A stretch of 56,318 nt of DNA. Origin: a virus (lineage: Duplodnaviria; Caudoviricetes). The notes beneath the pieces are model-generated. The model was not told the DNA's origin. It did no database searches and saw nothing but the letters and a program-made list of their open reading frames with translations. A program made the translations under genes and the position numbers. The stretch is from IMG/VR virus record IMGVR_UViG_3300048834_000044, positions 1-56,318 of that record. One strand, given 5' to 3'. Of the stretch, positions 35,941 to 44,515 are shown piece by piece (within the stretch, counting starts at the first letter, position 1; each line of letters opens with the position of its first letter).

Positions 35941-37059
35941 CTACATGAAGTCTTCCATCGCACTCGTCACCATAGGACGGGGGTCGTCCTCTGGCACGAG
36001 AGACTTGTTGCCGGGCTTCAGTTCCAGGAGATTGCCCAGGACCTCCGGCAACTTCTTCTTGCCGACGACGCGCTCCAGCACCCCGAGAGTCTGCGTCTGC
36101 TTGCGCGAGATCGCATCCTCGTCGTAGCCTGCAGCGACCAGAGTCTCGATCGCCTTGGCGTCGTCTGTGATCGACCGGCGGCCAGCCGCGCGGACGATCT
36201 TGTACCCTGGCATCGTGCCACGGTCGGCACGCGAGAACGCCTCAGCCTGGACGGCGTCACACCAAGAGCGGACGTCCTCCAGTTCTGCAACGGCCTCAGC
36301 CAGTTCCTCGGCTGACAGGGTGGCCGCCTGGACGGTGCGCTCACGGGTGAGCATCAGGTCCGCACGCGGCCGACAGAAGCCACCAGCGGGGCACCAGCGG
36401 CACTGTGCCGGGCCGGGGTTGAAGACCGGCTCCGGCTCCTTGGTAGCCTCGATCGCAGGGATCAGAACCTCGTCGCGCCACGCCAGCAGTTCGGTCACAG
36501 AGAGGGTCTCCGTGCGCACGCTGTTCATGCGCGGCTGGAACACGGTCATCGAGACAGTCTCGATGGTGCCCAAGGCGTACACGGCTTCGAGAGCCCCCAG
36601 TCCGTACAGGCGGAGTTGGGGATTCCCTTGCACGTCAACGGCAACGCCGCGTCCGTACTTCAGGTCAACGACGTGAACGTGCTTTCCGTTGACCAGCAAG
36701 GCGTCTGCCGTGCCCTCGATGTCGCCGACGCCAGCGCCGACGCGGGTCTCGATCCAGACGAAGCCGTCATCGCTCTTGCGCTCCATCAGGAATGCGACGT
36801 ACGCCGCGACGTGCTCCTCCATCTCATCGATGTCGTAGCCCGCGTCGATTGCCTCGGTCTCCCAGGCCATGTACTCCATGCCTGCCGTGACCTCGTCCAT
36901 GAGGCCGAAGGTGACTGACGCGCGGAGGGCAGCCAGCGCGTGCGCGTGCGTGCCCTCCTGCGCCCAGATCGATCCCTCGTCCTCGATGTCTGCACTCAGC
37001 AGAACGGAACCTGGACAGGCGATCCAGCGCTCCGCCGACGAAGGGCGGAGCCGCGTCAC
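35941..37059 (-). CDS. Cas4-like / DUF2800 PD-(D/E)XK exonuclease
   Basis: PSSAERWIACPGS, EGTHAH, GTAD, DLKYG, QLRLY and CRWCPA..C. Confidence 0.88.
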   Translation of the reverse strand: MTRLRPSSAERWIACPGSVLLSADIEDEGSIWAQEGTHAHALAALRASVTFGLMDEVTAGMEYMAWETEAIDAGYDIDEMEEHVAAYVAFLMERKSDDGFVWIETRVGAGVGDIEGTADALLVNGKHVHVVDLKYGRGVAVDVQGNPQLRLYGLGALEAVYALGTIETVSMTVFQPRMNSVRTETLSVTELLAWRDEVLIPAIEATKEPEPVFNPGPAQCRWCPAGGFCRPRADLMLTRERTVQAATLSAEELAEAVAELEDVRSWCDAVQAEAFSRADRGTMPGYKIVRAAGRRSITDDAKAIETLVAAGYDEDAISRKQTQTLGVLERVVGKKKLPEVLGNLLELKPGNKSLVPEDDPRPMVTSAMEDFM

Positions 37060-37535
37060 GCCTGCAGCGCCGTGAGCAGGCGGGGCAGGTCCTCGTCCGA
37101 GACCTCGGAGAGACGACGCGCGCCGACCGTGGCCAGGATCTCGCGGACCTCGGTGCGGGCCTCCGGCCCTCCGGTGCCCAGGCGTGCCAGGAGGGCCGCC
37201 TCGCAGGCCGCGCGGACCTCGGCAGTGTCCGTGTCCACCGGCTCCACGTCGTCGTCAGAGTCGGCAACCTCGGGCGACTCCGGGGCGGTCTCGTCCTCGT
37301 CCACCGGCTCCGGCTCCGGCTCCGACTCCGGCTCCGGCTCCGGCTTGGGCGCGGCCTTCTTGGCGGCACGCTTCTTCGGCGCGGGCTTCTCGGCCTCGGC
37401 CTCCGGCTCCGGCGTGGCCTCGACGACCGGCGGCGTGACGGTCGTGGTCACCGTCGTCGCGCCGGTCATGAGGCTGATGAGCCGGACGTCCTCGGACGTC
37501 AGGGTGGCCGGGTCGAACGTGAGAGTGATCTGCAT
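37056..37535 (-). CDS. Hypothetical protein with Pro/Glu-rich linker
   Basis: SD GAAGGAG before ATG 37535; usual position upstream of a DUF2800 gene. Confidence 0.72.
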   Translation of the reverse strand: MQITLTFDPATLTSEDVRLISLMTGATTVTTTVTPPVVEATPEPEAEAEKPAPKKRAAKKAAPKPEPEPESEPEPEPVDEDETAPESPEVADSDDDVEPVDTDTAEVRAACEAALLARLGTGGPEARTEVREILATVGARRLSEVSDEDLPRLLTALQA

Positions 37536-37540
37536 GATCG

Positions 37541-37606
37541 GGTCTCCTTCGTTGGTCGTGCGGTCGGGAGCGATCCTACCACGGCGGCAGGAGTCGCGCT
37601 TACTGC
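37541..37606 (-). promoter_or_regulatory. Repeated promoter-leader cassette type B, copy 1
   Basis: GCAGTAAGCGC..GGTAGGATCGcTCCCGACCGCACGACC..GAAGGAGAC, near-identical to 47192-47257. Confidence 0.75.
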
Positions 37607-37935
37607 GTGTACTTCTCGATCTGCGACACCAGGCCGGTCGCCGACCGGATGTCACTGAGGGCAGCCGGGTCGGTCTCGAACGCCTCCCGTGCCGATGCCT
37701 CCCATCGCATTGCGACGGTGAGGAGCGTGAGCGTGTCCTCGTCGTTCAGTTCGACGGTGATGGAGCCGTCCTTGCGCGTGGACGGCTCGGCCAGCAGACG
37801 GCTGATGAACGCCGACTCCGGCGTCACGGTTCCGATGCCTGCCTTGCGATGCTTGGCCGTCCGGGCAGGACCCCGCAGGGCCGCCAGCCGCTCGACGGCC
37901 GTCTTGGTGAGACGGATGCTGTTCATGGTGGTCAT
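37600..37935 (-). CDS. Hypothetical protein
   Basis: ATGA-coupled to the VRR-NUC gene; phage-like codon usage. Confidence 0.6.
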   Translation of the reverse strand: MTTMNSIRLTKTAVERLAALRGPARTAKHRKAGIGTVTPESAFISRLLAEPSTRKDGSITVELNDEDTLTLLTVAMRWEASAREAFETDPAALSDIRSATGLVSQIEKYTQ

Positions 37936-38210
37936 CCTACCGCTCGCTCTGCCAGCCAGGCTCGAACCTCGCCGGTCGTGTGGAGAACCGTGACCGGCGC
38001 TCCCAGCCCTTCCAGGTGCGCGAAGACGGCACGCTGGATGGGCCGGAGGGTGCCGGTCGGGCTCTTGGTCTCGATGAAGAAGAAGCGACCTCCGGGGAGC
38101 ACCGCCAGCCGGTCGGGGAGTCCCGCAACGACGGGCATGATCTTGATGCAGACCCCACCCATTCCCTTGACTCCCTTGACAAGCAGCGCCTCGACAGACC
38201 GCTCCTTCAT
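37932..38210 (-). CDS. VRR-NUC domain nuclease
   Basis: E..VE, GLPDRL, FFIETK and LRPIQ. Confidence 0.88.
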   Translation of the reverse strand: MKERSVEALLVKGVKGMGGVCIKIMPVVAGLPDRLAVLPGGRFFFIETKSPTGTLRPIQRAVFAHLEGLGAPVTVLHTTGEVRAWLAERAVG

Positions 38211-38215
38211 GGCTT

Positions 38216-38410
38216 TTACCCCTTCCCTCGGGTCCAGGACTCCATGATGCCCATCGCCTTGTCCCGGCGGTGAGCGTCGTCCAGGTCGGTGCGGCAGTCC
38301 CACAGGGTGTCCAGCACCCAGTCGATGAAGCGACCGCCACCAGCCACGGCCGCCAGCAGCAGTGCGAACAGCAGGCCGATGAACAGCCAGGTCTCGAACG
38401 GCGACATCAC
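38216..38410 (-). CDS. Small membrane protein
   Basis: N-terminal hydrophobic helix. Confidence 0.55.
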   Translation of the reverse strand: MMSPFETWLFIGLLFALLLAAVAGGGRFIDWVLDTLWDCRTDLDDAHRRDKAMGIMESWTRGKG

Positions 38411-38676
38411 AGATCGTCCTCTCCGTGCAGCCAGTCACTCACGACGCGAGGGAGCCGGTGCCCCCAGGCGATGCCACTCTGCTTGTCGCAGATGACAGAC
38501 TCGTCGTCGGCCACAAACGGCCAGAAGGCACCGTCATTGAGCCGGAGCACGCGCTTGCAGTCGATGCAGCGGCCTCGACGACCGACGCGCAGGGAGGCGA
38601 CCGGCGGGGCGTCGAAGTCTCCAAGAGGGACAACGACTCCCGGCAGCGCGGGAGACTCGAACAGGAACTCGGGCAT
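38407..38676 (-). CDS. Hypothetical protein (CxxC)
   Basis: Tiles the operon. Confidence 0.55.
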   Translation of the reverse strand: MPEFLFESPALPGVVVPLGDFDAPPVASLRVGRRGRCIDCKRVLRLNDGAFWPFVADDESVICDKQSGIAWGHRLPRVVSDWLHGEDDL

Positions 38677-38679
38677 GGC

Positions 38680-39066
38680 TCACATCACCTTTCGGAGAGC
38701 AGGGAGCGCGATGTACTTGATGTCCTTCGACCAGTCGGCCGCGTCGGTGACGACGGCCATGCTGAGGACGCTGGCCTCCCCCGCGATGCGCGGGAGCAGT
38801 GCCGCCCGGACGGCCACAGAGAGGTCGAACGTCGGCCTCTCTGCGACCCCCAGGGTGACGACGACGTGCAGGCTGTCATCCCCGTCCACGGCCTGCCTCC
38901 CGTGGTCCCACTGTGCCCAGGAGCCGCTCACGAGAGCCGCCCGCTCACCCTGGCCGGGGAGGGCCAGGGTGAACGAGTGCTCGGTCTCGGGGTCGTCGTG
39001 ACCGGCAACGGCGATGGGCGCGAAGAAGTCCTCGGAGATCACGCCGAAGTGGAGCGCGTACGTCAC
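38680..39066 (-). CDS. Hypothetical protein
   Basis: Tiles the operon with a GTGA overlap. Confidence 0.6.
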   Translation of the reverse strand: MTYALHFGVISEDFFAPIAVAGHDDPETEHSFTLALPGQGERAALVSGSWAQWDHGRQAVDGDDSLHVVVTLGVAERPTFDLSVAVRAALLPRIAGEASVLSMAVVTDAADWSKDIKYIALPALRKVM

Positions 39067-39170
39067 GGGAGTTCGATCCCGTTGATGATCTCGCTGAGAG
39101 CCTCCCGAAGTGCATCGAGGTCAAGGACTTCGCCGTTGCCGCGCACGATGACGGTGTAGTAGGTCTCCAT
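39063..39170 (-). CDS. Small hypothetical protein (35 aa, METYYTVIVRGNG...), absent from the ORF track
   Basis: SD AAGGAG, ATG 39170, stop overlaps the next start. Confidence 0.55.
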   Translation of the reverse strand: METYYTVIVRGNGEVLDLDALREALSEIINGIELP

Positions 39171-39173
39171 GTC

Positions 39174-39680
39174 TCAGATCTCCTTCCGGCAGACGGGGCC
39201 GATGCCGATTTCGCGGCTCTCGGCATCGGTGAGGCGACGGCCGCACACGTAGCAGCACACGGTCTCGTCGGCGAAGGTCTTCTGAGCCTTGGCGGGGTCG
39301 GCCAGGATCGCGGCGTAGACGTCGGCCTGCTCCTGGCGCGTGGGGCGGTCGAGGTCGTCCGAGCGGAAGCGGTTGAGGAACCGGCGGCCGGTCCAGCGTC
39401 CCTGGCCCTCACGGACGCAGTAGAAGCGCAGGACCCCGCGCCACTCGACGGCGTAGTAGCCCGGCTCCGGCGTCGTGGCCTGGTCCGGGGAGACGGCTCC
39501 GGCCTTGCGCGGCTGAGCCAGCAGCCACTCGATCGTCTGGCTCGCCAGGCGGGCGTCCATCGTGGGCAGCCGGTCGGCAAGCCGGGCGTCCACGTCGGCC
39601 GCCAGCACTCTCTCGGAGCGCAGCGACTCGATGAACTTGATCTGTGGCATCGAAGCCGGGAGGGCGGTCCTGGTGGTCAC
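39174..39680 (-). CDS. DUF6011-like zinc-finger protein
   Basis: C-terminal CYVCGRRLTDAESREIGIGPVC; SD GAAGGAG. Confidence 0.78.
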   Translation of the reverse strand: MTTRTALPASMPQIKFIESLRSERVLAADVDARLADRLPTMDARLASQTIEWLLAQPRKAGAVSPDQATTPEPGYYAVEWRGVLRFYCVREGQGRWTGRRFLNRFRSDDLDRPTRQEQADVYAAILADPAKAQKTFADETVCCYVCGRRLTDAESREIGIGPVCRKEI

Positions 39681-39683
39681 AGT

Positions 39684-39751
39684 GGTCTCCTTCGGTGCTG
39701 GGTGGTGCGGTCAAGGTCGATCATACCCCTAACGGTCGCAGAGCGCAACTT
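39684..39751 (-). promoter_or_regulatory. Repeated early promoter type A, copy 1 (TTGCGC-N17-TATGAT)
   Basis: Spacer TCTGCnnCCGTT shared with 41963-42001 and 49977-50020. Confidence 0.78.
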
Positions 39752-39778
39752 TCGTGCTCAGCCGGTGCGCCGTCGTGC

Positions 39779-40099
39779 TCAGCCAGCGTAGTCCAGCCCG
39801 GTCGCCACGCAGAGCGCCAGGTACTCGTCGGCGTCGATCTCGGTGCAGTCCTGCCGCAAGTGCTTGTCGCAGTAGTGAAGCGGGATGTCGGCCTCGATGG
39901 AGGACTGCCACATGTCGCCTTCGCACGGGTCGGGCGTGATGGACGGGTCCGGGCTCCAGCCAGCCTCGCAGTCCTCATGGGTCGCATCGGCGTCCTTGTC
40001 GGCCCAGACCGGGAAGAACTCGGCACCGTTGTAGTGCTCGCGGTCGTCGGCCTCGATCGGCATCTTCATCAGCAGGTCGTGGTTTGTGTTGACGGACAT
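39779..40099 (-). CDS. Hypothetical acidic, Cys-containing protein
   Basis: SD GAGGAG before ATG 40099. Confidence 0.62.
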   Translation of the reverse strand: MSVNTNHDLLMKMPIEADDREHYNGAEFFPVWADKDADATHEDCEAGWSPDPSITPDPCEGDMWQSSIEADIPLHYCDKHLRQDCTEIDADEYLALCVATGLDYAG

Positions 40100-40109
40100 G
40101 GGATTCTCC

Positions 40110-40505
40110 TCAGTGGTTGTAGCAGCAGTCGTGGGTCTGGCCGTGGAAGTGCTGGTGCGTTGGCTCGTCCCAGGAGACGACGCGGACAGCCGGTCGGGAG
40201 CAGCCAGGGTGGCCACAGGTGGGCCTCTGTGCCTCGCTCTGGGCCTGGGAGGGCTCCGGCATACCCTCGGCTCCCTGGGACCAGAGAGGGCCAGAGAGGC
40301 ACCCTCTCGGGCGGCCTTGGGTGGCGGAGTCCAGCCGGTCGGTCAGGGCGGTCGCCTCGGCGATCTGCGCACGGGCGTGGGCACCGTCGGTGTCACTTGC
40401 GCCACTGGTGTAGGGCTTCAGCGAGAGACGATGCGCCGCAAGGCCAGCCTTGAGGATGCCAATCTCCTGCTCGGTGAACGAGAGGATGATCTCCATGCCG
40501 CTCAT
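40110..40505 (-). CDS. Hypothetical protein
   Basis: ATGA-coupled; C-terminal Cys/His cluster. Confidence 0.5.
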   Translation of the reverse strand: MSGMEIILSFTEQEIGILKAGLAAHRLSLKPYTSGASDTDGAHARAQIAEATALTDRLDSATQGRPRGCLSGPLWSQGAEGMPEPSQAQSEAQRPTCGHPGCSRPAVRVVSWDEPTHQHFHGQTHDCCYNH

Positions 40506-40795
40506 GAGGTCACGCCGCAGGTGTGCGGGGTGTTGAACGGTGGGACGACGATCACGCCGCCGTCGTTGTTGACGCGCACGCCGCAGGTGCAGATCTCCTG
40601 GCGCTTCAGCCACTTCTCGGCCTCCTTGCGAGAGGTCGCGACGTCGATCAGGCGCTCGCCGTCCCAGAGGTTCCAAGGGAACACGGGGTCGAAGCCTCTG
40701 TGGTGGTACGCGCCACGGGTGGCCGAGAAGCGCATGCGGCAGAGCATCGTTCCGGCGGCGTCCTGGTGGACCACGCGGATCTTGGTGTCGCTCAT
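40502..40795 (-). CDS. Hypothetical protein
   Basis: SD GAAGGAGAC. Confidence 0.65.
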   Translation of the reverse strand: MSDTKIRVVHQDAAGTMLCRMRFSATRGAYHHRGFDPVFPWNLWDGERLIDVATSRKEAEKWLKRQEICTCGVRVNNDGGVIVVPPFNTPHTCGVTS

Positions 40796-40845
40796 GGTGT
40801 CTGGTCTCCTTCGGGTCGAGCGGTCATCCTCCGGGCGGAGGCGGC

Positions 40846-40872
40846 GCTGGCCGGGTGGTCAGCCCGGCCAGC
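40846..40872 (-). terminator. Hairpin downstream of the DUF932 gene
   Basis: GCTGGCCGGG-N7-CCCGGCCAGC, with an extendable stem. Confidence 0.5.
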
Positions 40873-40882
40873 ACCGTCCACG

Positions 40883-41905
40883 TCAGGAAGTGGCGACGAG
40901 GCGGGCGAGGTCGATCGCGTTGGTGGTCATGCGGTCGCGGTCGAGGTAGGCACGCTTGAACCGGCTCTCGCGGCGAGCGAGGTCGCTGTTGGCGCGGACG
41001 CCACGGACGTGCTGCTGGAACTCGACGCTGGCCTGGACGAGACCGTAGGCCGTGTGGTCGATGCCCTCGCTCGTGATGCCGTTGATGATGCCCCAGAACT
41101 CCGAGCGCGCGGTCTCGATGTTGGTGATGACGCGCTGGGAAACGGTCTTGGTGCTGACCGGCATCGGGATGAACTCGTCCACGAACGCCTGGCGCTGCTC
41201 GTCGGTGACCTTCAGGTTCACCAACTCGTCCATGATGATCTGCCAGTTGGAGATCGAGTCGCGCCACATCTGGATTGCGGCCTGGGCCTCCTCGATGCGG
41301 TCCTTGAGACCGGCCGTGTGGCGGAAGGTGAACTCGTAGCCGTTGTGGCGGGCCTCGACGTCGGCCATCTGGGACGTGTTGTCGCAGATGATGCGCGTCA
41401 TGAGAGCCTGGCCACGGAACGAGCCGGTGCCGTCGTGGCTGTTCTGCAGGGCGAAGTAGGGGATGGTCTCGCCGTGCGGGTCTCCCTTGACGGTCATGGG
41501 CTCTGCGAGACGGAGCAGCATCCAGACCTTGCGACCGCCCTTGAGCGAGCCAGCGGTCTCGACCTTGACCTCGCCGGATCCGATGCCCTCGATGGACTCC
41601 GCGATCTCGGTCAGTTCCTTGTTGGTGGCGTGGACGAAGCCCTCGCCGACCGACCCGAAGAACTCGCCCGTGTCGGAGCGCTCGACGCCGACGATGCCGG
41701 GGACCTCCTCGTAGGACGTCTCCGGGCCGTTCTCGCCGATGATCGGCACGGCGCGGTACAGGGGCGTGGTGACCGGCTCCCACGGGAACGCGAGGGTGCG
41801 AGCCTGCTCCGGCGTGACGTAGTCGTCCAGGACCTCGGCCAGACCGTGCCAGCCAGCGTCGCGGACGGAGATGACGGTGTCGCGCTCGGTGATGTTGTGG
41901 GCCAT
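40883..41905 (-). CDS. DUF932/DUF945-family protein
   Basis: WHGL, ETAGSLKGGRKVW, NSHDGTGS, RIICDNT and RHT motifs. Confidence 0.85.
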   Translation of the reverse strand: MAHNITERDTVISVRDAGWHGLAEVLDDYVTPEQARTLAFPWEPVTTPLYRAVPIIGENGPETSYEEVPGIVGVERSDTGEFFGSVGEGFVHATNKELTEIAESIEGIGSGEVKVETAGSLKGGRKVWMLLRLAEPMTVKGDPHGETIPYFALQNSHDGTGSFRGQALMTRIICDNTSQMADVEARHNGYEFTFRHTAGLKDRIEEAQAAIQMWRDSISNWQIIMDELVNLKVTDEQRQAFVDEFIPMPVSTKTVSQRVITNIETARSEFWGIINGITSEGIDHTAYGLVQASVEFQQHVRGVRANSDLARRESRFKRAYLDRDRMTTNAIDLARLVATS

Positions 41906-41962
41906 GATCTTCGGTCTCCTTGTGGTCGGGCGGGGAGCCTGCCTCCCTGCCGCTCGGGACCA

Positions 41963-42001
41963 ACTATACCTAGAACGGGCGCAGAACGCAACTTCTTAGT
42001 A
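41963..42001 (-). promoter_or_regulatory. Repeated early promoter type A, copy 2 (TTGCGT-N17-TATAGT)
   Basis: Near-consensus sigmaA promoter with upstream TACTAAGAA. Confidence 0.8.
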
Positions 42002-42039
42002 GTTTCAGGTGAGTCGTCTGAGCACGGCTGAGCACGGGG

Positions 42040-42234
42040 TCAGTGGCACTCGGCCCGGATCCGCCGGAGGGTCGAGAGAGCGTTCTTCTCGGCGCGTCTG
42101 TCTGAGGCTGACGCGGGCCACGTCAGCATGTGCCGCCCACACGGGCACTTCGCGACGTGGTGCTTCCGGCATCTGACGGTCCACCTCTCGCGCTCCAGTT
42201 GAGCGCGAAGGAGAACCGTCCACTGCTTGCTCAC
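42040..42234 (-). CDS. HicA-like small basic protein
   Basis: MSKQWTVLLRAQLERERWTVRCRKHHVAKCPCGRHMLTWPASASDRRAEKN matches a W-x-V..KH..P-x-S-x-SD..N pattern; GTGA-coupled. Confidence 0.55.
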   Translation of the reverse strand: MSKQWTVLLRAQLERERWTVRCRKHHVAKCPCGRHMLTWPASASDRRAEKNALSTLRRIRAECH

Positions 42235-42425
42235 GAGACGCACCCACACGCGCCACTCGTGGAGCGCTCCTGGAAGCAGGTACCGCAGATATCTCCTTGT
42301 AGCCCAGGGATTTCGGGGCACTTCTCGTGGACCCACTGCTGGCCGACGCGGCGGATCGGCGTGCCGGGCGTGTAGTGCTCGTCGCACTCGTCGCACGTCC
42401 CGGCGTACATCGCCAGGATGCTCAC
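42231..42425 (-). CDS. Small Cys-rich zinc-ribbon protein
   Basis: CxxC, HxxC and CxxC..CxC. Confidence 0.6.
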   Translation of the reverse strand: MSILAMYAGTCDECDEHYTPGTPIRRVGQQWVHEKCPEIPGLQGDICGTCFQERSTSGACGCVS

Positions 42426-42682
42426 GACGTCACCCACTCGAACAGGACGATGCCGACCTTGGCGATGAGCGCGACCGATCCCATGAGGGTCAAGGAGAGC
42501 AAGACGGCCCAGAAGATCGCACGCGCCGCTCGCAGCGGATCTACGGCGTCTCGAAGGGAGTCATCGTCTTCCTGGGTCCACTCAGCCGGTACGGCGTGGA
42601 GCGGCGGCGACTTCGGCATCTGCCGCTTGGGATCTGCCCAGCCGTCGCCGGGTGCCTGGTCGCGCCAGTTGTCGTCGTTCAT
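42422..42682 (-). CDS. Small membrane protein
   Basis: C-terminal TM. Confidence 0.6.
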   Translation of the reverse strand: MNDDNWRDQAPGDGWADPKRQMPKSPPLHAVPAEWTQEDDDSLRDAVDPLRAARAIFWAVLLSLTLMGSVALIAKVGIVLFEWVTS

Positions 42683-43290
42683 GACTCCCTTGCCTTCCTT
42701 GCCTCGTAGCGGATCTTCCAGAGCCGGTGAACGGCTTCCGATACCTTGGGGCTCATTGCTTCGCCGGGCTTGGTGAAGGCAACGATTACGCGCTCAGCCA
42801 ACAGGTCCTCTGGCTCCTTGCTCCACGCGTGGAACTTGTTGCAGGTCTTGCACTTGCCCCAGTCGCCGTACTCCGGGTCGGGCACGTCGCAGAGACAGGT
42901 GTTGTGCGCCCGCTCGACACTGGAGCAGTCACGGTGGTAGAGACCGTGCTCACCGCGCCACCAGGGGCCGGGTTCGCGGTCCCACTGGTGAGACACGTTG
43001 ACCGGGTTGGTCTTCGTGGACCGGCCGCCGCACCACTCGCAGCGCGTCAGCGCCCAGCGACGCAGGGTGCCGAGAGGGATGATCTGGATGTGCCAGTGCC
43101 AGAAGTGCCAGCGCCAGTGCGAGTCCCGCTTGCACACATCGAAGCAGTCGTAGCCGCCGGGGTCCTGGTGCCACACGGTGATCAGCGCCGGACGGTAGCC
43201 CTTGAGCCGCTCACCGTTGGGACCGAACGGCTTCGGACGCTTGCGCCAAGGGCGCTTGATCTCGAAGGCGACGACGTCGGGGTCGTGCAT
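42679..43290 (-). CDS. Hypothetical Trp/His/Cys-rich protein
   Basis: MHDP.VVAFEI, TVWH.DP and WRWHFWHWHIQ; tiles the operon. Confidence 0.68.
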   Translation of the reverse strand: MHDPDVVAFEIKRPWRKRPKPFGPNGERLKGYRPALITVWHQDPGGYDCFDVCKRDSHWRWHFWHWHIQIIPLGTLRRWALTRCEWCGGRSTKTNPVNVSHQWDREPGPWWRGEHGLYHRDCSSVERAHNTCLCDVPDPEYGDWGKCKTCNKFHAWSKEPEDLLAERVIVAFTKPGEAMSPKVSEAVHRLWKIRYEARKARES

Positions 43291-43529
43291 CAGCGCTTCA
43301 TCCCGACGTACTGGTAGCCACGGTCGCCGCTCTTGGCAGGGCCAGCCAGCAGGCGCTCGACGCGGACGCGGGTCGTCTTCTCCCCACGGGCGCAGATCGC
43401 GTAGGTCGTCTTCTGGCCATGCAGCGCATGGGTCTCCAGCCGGAGGACGGTGAACTCGTCCGTCTTGCTGCGGATGTCGAGGTCCTTGTAGATCTGACCA
43501 GGGCGGACCTCGGTTGGCTGCTTCAGCAT
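43290..43529 (-). CDS. Hypothetical protein
   Basis: SD AAGGAG; VRPGQIYKDLD. Confidence 0.65.
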   Translation of the reverse strand: MLKQPTEVRPGQIYKDLDIRSKTDEFTVLRLETHALHGQKTTYAICARGEKTTRVRVERLLAGPAKSGDRGYQYVGMKR

Positions 43530-43553
43530 TGCTTCTCCTTGTGCGTGTTGGTG

Positions 43554-44009
43554 TTACGTGCCAGGGCAGTGCGTGCCGTGCCAGGGGTACAGCCCGAAGT
43601 TCATGGCCTGGAAGGCAAAGACCTCGGCCTGGACGGGCGGGGGTGCCAGGTCAGCGGAGGCGTACTGCTCGCCGACTCCGGCGCGCTGCGTGTGCGCTTC
43701 CCAGGTTCCCTTGATCCACTGGGCAAAGCCACGCGCCGACGACTCCGGGTTGGCTGCCTTCCACATGGACGGCTCAGCGTTCCAGGACTCGTGCTTGGCG
43801 ATGCAGCGCGCCGACCGCTCGACGCTGACCGGGAACCGATGCCACAGACCGGCTTTCCAGCCCTGGGGCAGTGCTGCAGGTCGTGACCGGCTCGGTCGCT
43901 CCTTGCGCGGCATCGGATCTGGGCGGGCGGAGTCGTCCACGCGCTGCTGGATCTGCCAGTGGAGTGCGTGCGGGGTCGGGCAGACGGGGATGTCGTCGCA
44001 GAGGATCAT
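43554..44009 (-). CDS. Rpf / lytic transglycosylase-like protein
   Basis: CIAKHES (catalytic Glu), SSARGFAQW..TW, ADLAP..Q and G..PW. Confidence 0.68.
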   Translation of the reverse strand: MILCDDIPVCPTPHALHWQIQQRVDDSARPDPMPRKERPSRSRPAALPQGWKAGLWHRFPVSVERSARCIAKHESWNAEPSMWKAANPESSARGFAQWIKGTWEAHTQRAGVGEQYASADLAPPPVQAEVFAFQAMNFGLYPWHGTHCPGT

Positions 44010-44515
44010 GACGTCTTCCCCCCGATCAGGGCTGCCATGCGTCGCGCAGCCTCGCCTACCTTCTGAAGTGACTCAACGAGAGTCGGCAGACCCGGCCCCG
44101 GCTCGTCGAGCCCCAGGTCCTCGGCCCACGCAGCGACGATGCTGCGACCGATCATCCGGCCGGTCACGCGGGGGTCGGTGTACTCCCACTCGTAGTACTC
44201 GCCCTCCCAGGAGACTGTGATGTCTCCGTTGGGAAGGTCGTCGTTGTAGAACAGGTAGTCGTAGTCGCGGAAGGTGTCGGTCAGCACGTCTGCGTTGAGC
44301 CAGTTGCAGATGTTGCAGTTGTCCGGCGTCACCGCGCCGACGCTCATGTGCCGGACGTCTCGGTCGGTGAGCCAGTCCACGGCGTCGTGGCTCCAGCCCT
44401 CGGCGTCCTGCTCCAGCCCGTAGAACGACTCGCAGTCGCACTGCCAGTCGGCACGGCAGAGTGCGGTCTCCGGCTCCCGGCAGACAACACGACCGTCCAG
44501 GATTGCATGTGTCAC
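44006..44515 (-). CDS. Hypothetical protein
   Basis: GTGA-coupled start at 44515. Confidence 0.58.
   Translation of the reverse strand: MTHAILDGRVVCREPETALCRADWQCDCESFYGLEQDAEGWSHDAVDWLTDRDVRHMSVGAVTPDNCNICNWLNADVLTDTFRDYDYLFYNDDLPNGDITVSWEGEYYEWEYTDPRVTGRMIGRSIVAAWAEDLGLDEPGPGLPTLVESLQKVGEAARRMAALIGGKTS

Noticed and set aside
37307-37345. Tandem CCGGCT hexamer repeats
   Set aside because: They encode a PEPEPE linker within a protein.
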